A stretch of DNA of 64,000 nt from Neovahlkampfia damariscottae (lineage: Eukaryota), in contig JABLTG010000016.1 of the NCBI GenBank assembly GCA_016618085.1, positions 1 to 64,000 on the forward strand. The letters run 5' to 3'. The notes under the pieces are model-generated. The model was given only the letters and a program-made list of their open reading frames with translations, did not search any database and was not told the DNA's origin. Each line of letters begins with the position of its first letter. Position 1 is the stretch's first letter. A program made the position numbers and the translations under genes. Of the stretch, positions 63,127-64,000 are shown piece after piece.

Positions 63127-64000
63127 ATGGCTTTGAGCTACGCTGCCAGACTGAAAAAAGGGATAAATTATGGAAAAGTAGGCTTACCAGAAACCGAGGA
63201 CAATTCTAGGGTTAAAATTTTATTTCTAATCAATTCAGGTGAAAATGAATAAACTAAAAACTTTGACCAATTTGATTGAAAAAAGTGAATACATAGTTGT
63301 TTTTACTGGCGCAGGAATTTCAACTTCAATGGGAATCAAAGGTAGAAATTTTCAAATCTTCTTATTTTGCAGATTTTAGAGGTAAATTAAATTGTGCAAA
63401 TTAAAAACAACAAAAAGGACCTTCAGGTATTTGGACACTTGAAAAAAAAGGAATCAAAGATCCATTGGAGGGCAATTTTAAAGGATTTGAAAATATTTCT
63501 CCAAGGTTTTTATAATTATTTCGAATTTAAAAAAATAGCTTGACTCACATGGCAATTGTTGGATTATTGAACAATGACAAGGTAAAATATGTTGTTTCAC
63601 AGAACATTGATGGTCTACATCTCAGAAGTGGTGTTCCAGAAGAAAAATTATCAGGTTTGAAAAAGTTAATAATTCAAATTTGAACAGAGCTGCATGGAAA
63701 TATTACTCAAGGTTTTAAACAGATTTTAATTAATTTATATTTAAAGAAACTTGCAGAAAATGTGGAAAAAAATATAATCGAGACTTTGATGTGGGCACAA
63801 TTGGATTCAAGAAGACAGTGAGATAATATTTGATATTTAAATTGAAATTAAGGGAAGGAATTGTGTCATTGAAACTTGTAAAGGTGAATTACATGATACT
63901 TTGTTAGATTGGGATGATGAATTACCAGAAAATGATTTATTACTTGCAGAATCACATTTAAAAAAAGCTGATTTAGTTTTGTGTTTAGGTACTTCATTAA
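63127..64000 (+). CDS. Class IV sirtuin (SIRT6/7-like), 5' part; runs off the window end
   Basis: Spliced: MALSYAARL..GKVGLPE..FTGAGISTSMGIKDFRGPSGIWT..SQNIDGLH..ELHGN..CRKC..LLDWDDELP..LGTSL; not in the ORF track. Confidence 0.92.

Noticed and set aside
1..64000. Frameshifted or fragmented ORFs suggesting pseudogenes, programmed frameshifting or an alternative genetic code
   Set aside because: The breaks I examined in conserved genes resolve with a short GT-AG intron restoring conserved motifs; genes end at standard stop codons
1..64000. CRISPR arrays, transposases, rRNA/tRNA genes, U12-type AT-AC introns
   Set aside because: No repeat-spacer pattern, terminal repeats, transposase/RT motifs, cloverleaf or AT-AC intron seen by eye; tRNAscan-SE, Infernal and RepeatModeler would be needed to exclude them formally

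Overview
Very AT-rich, extremely compact eukaryotic (protist) nuclear DNA, not a prokaryotic window. It holds about 38 protein-coding genes on both strands, most broken by tiny GT-AG introns (28-43 nt in those I resolved), so the ORF track fragments many genes and misses some entirely (RPS13, the SIRT6-like sirtuin, the Rac C-terminus, and the CAP-Gly and Zn2Cys6 exons). Recognisable housekeeping genes: Rac/Rho GTPase (3' end), DNA ligase I, AspRS, PIP kinase, XPD, eIF4A, eIF3g, PPT1, XRN1, ADAT2, RPS13, alanine aminotransferase, calcineurin A, ABCC transporter, TM9SF, Spinster-like MFS and a SIRT6-like sirtuin. RGS-START and Zn2Cys6-PAS genes plus tiny introns suggest a heterolobosean-like discoban (inference only). 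I recognised no rRNA, tRNA, CRISPR array or transposon. The most interesting signals are unusual domain fusions, all read by eye: RGS-START-KH-DUF1771-Smr nuclease; GRAM-PH-RRM-CAP-Gly-CPI motif; cullin-repeat-like domain plus USP; SPOC-like domain plus FCP1 phosphatase; and a small Atg11/FIP200 Claw-like protein. Genome-architecture signals are 6-11 nt micro-exons, CCAAT boxes only 3-21 nt from start codons, and convergent genes whose stop codons are 3-15 nt apart.
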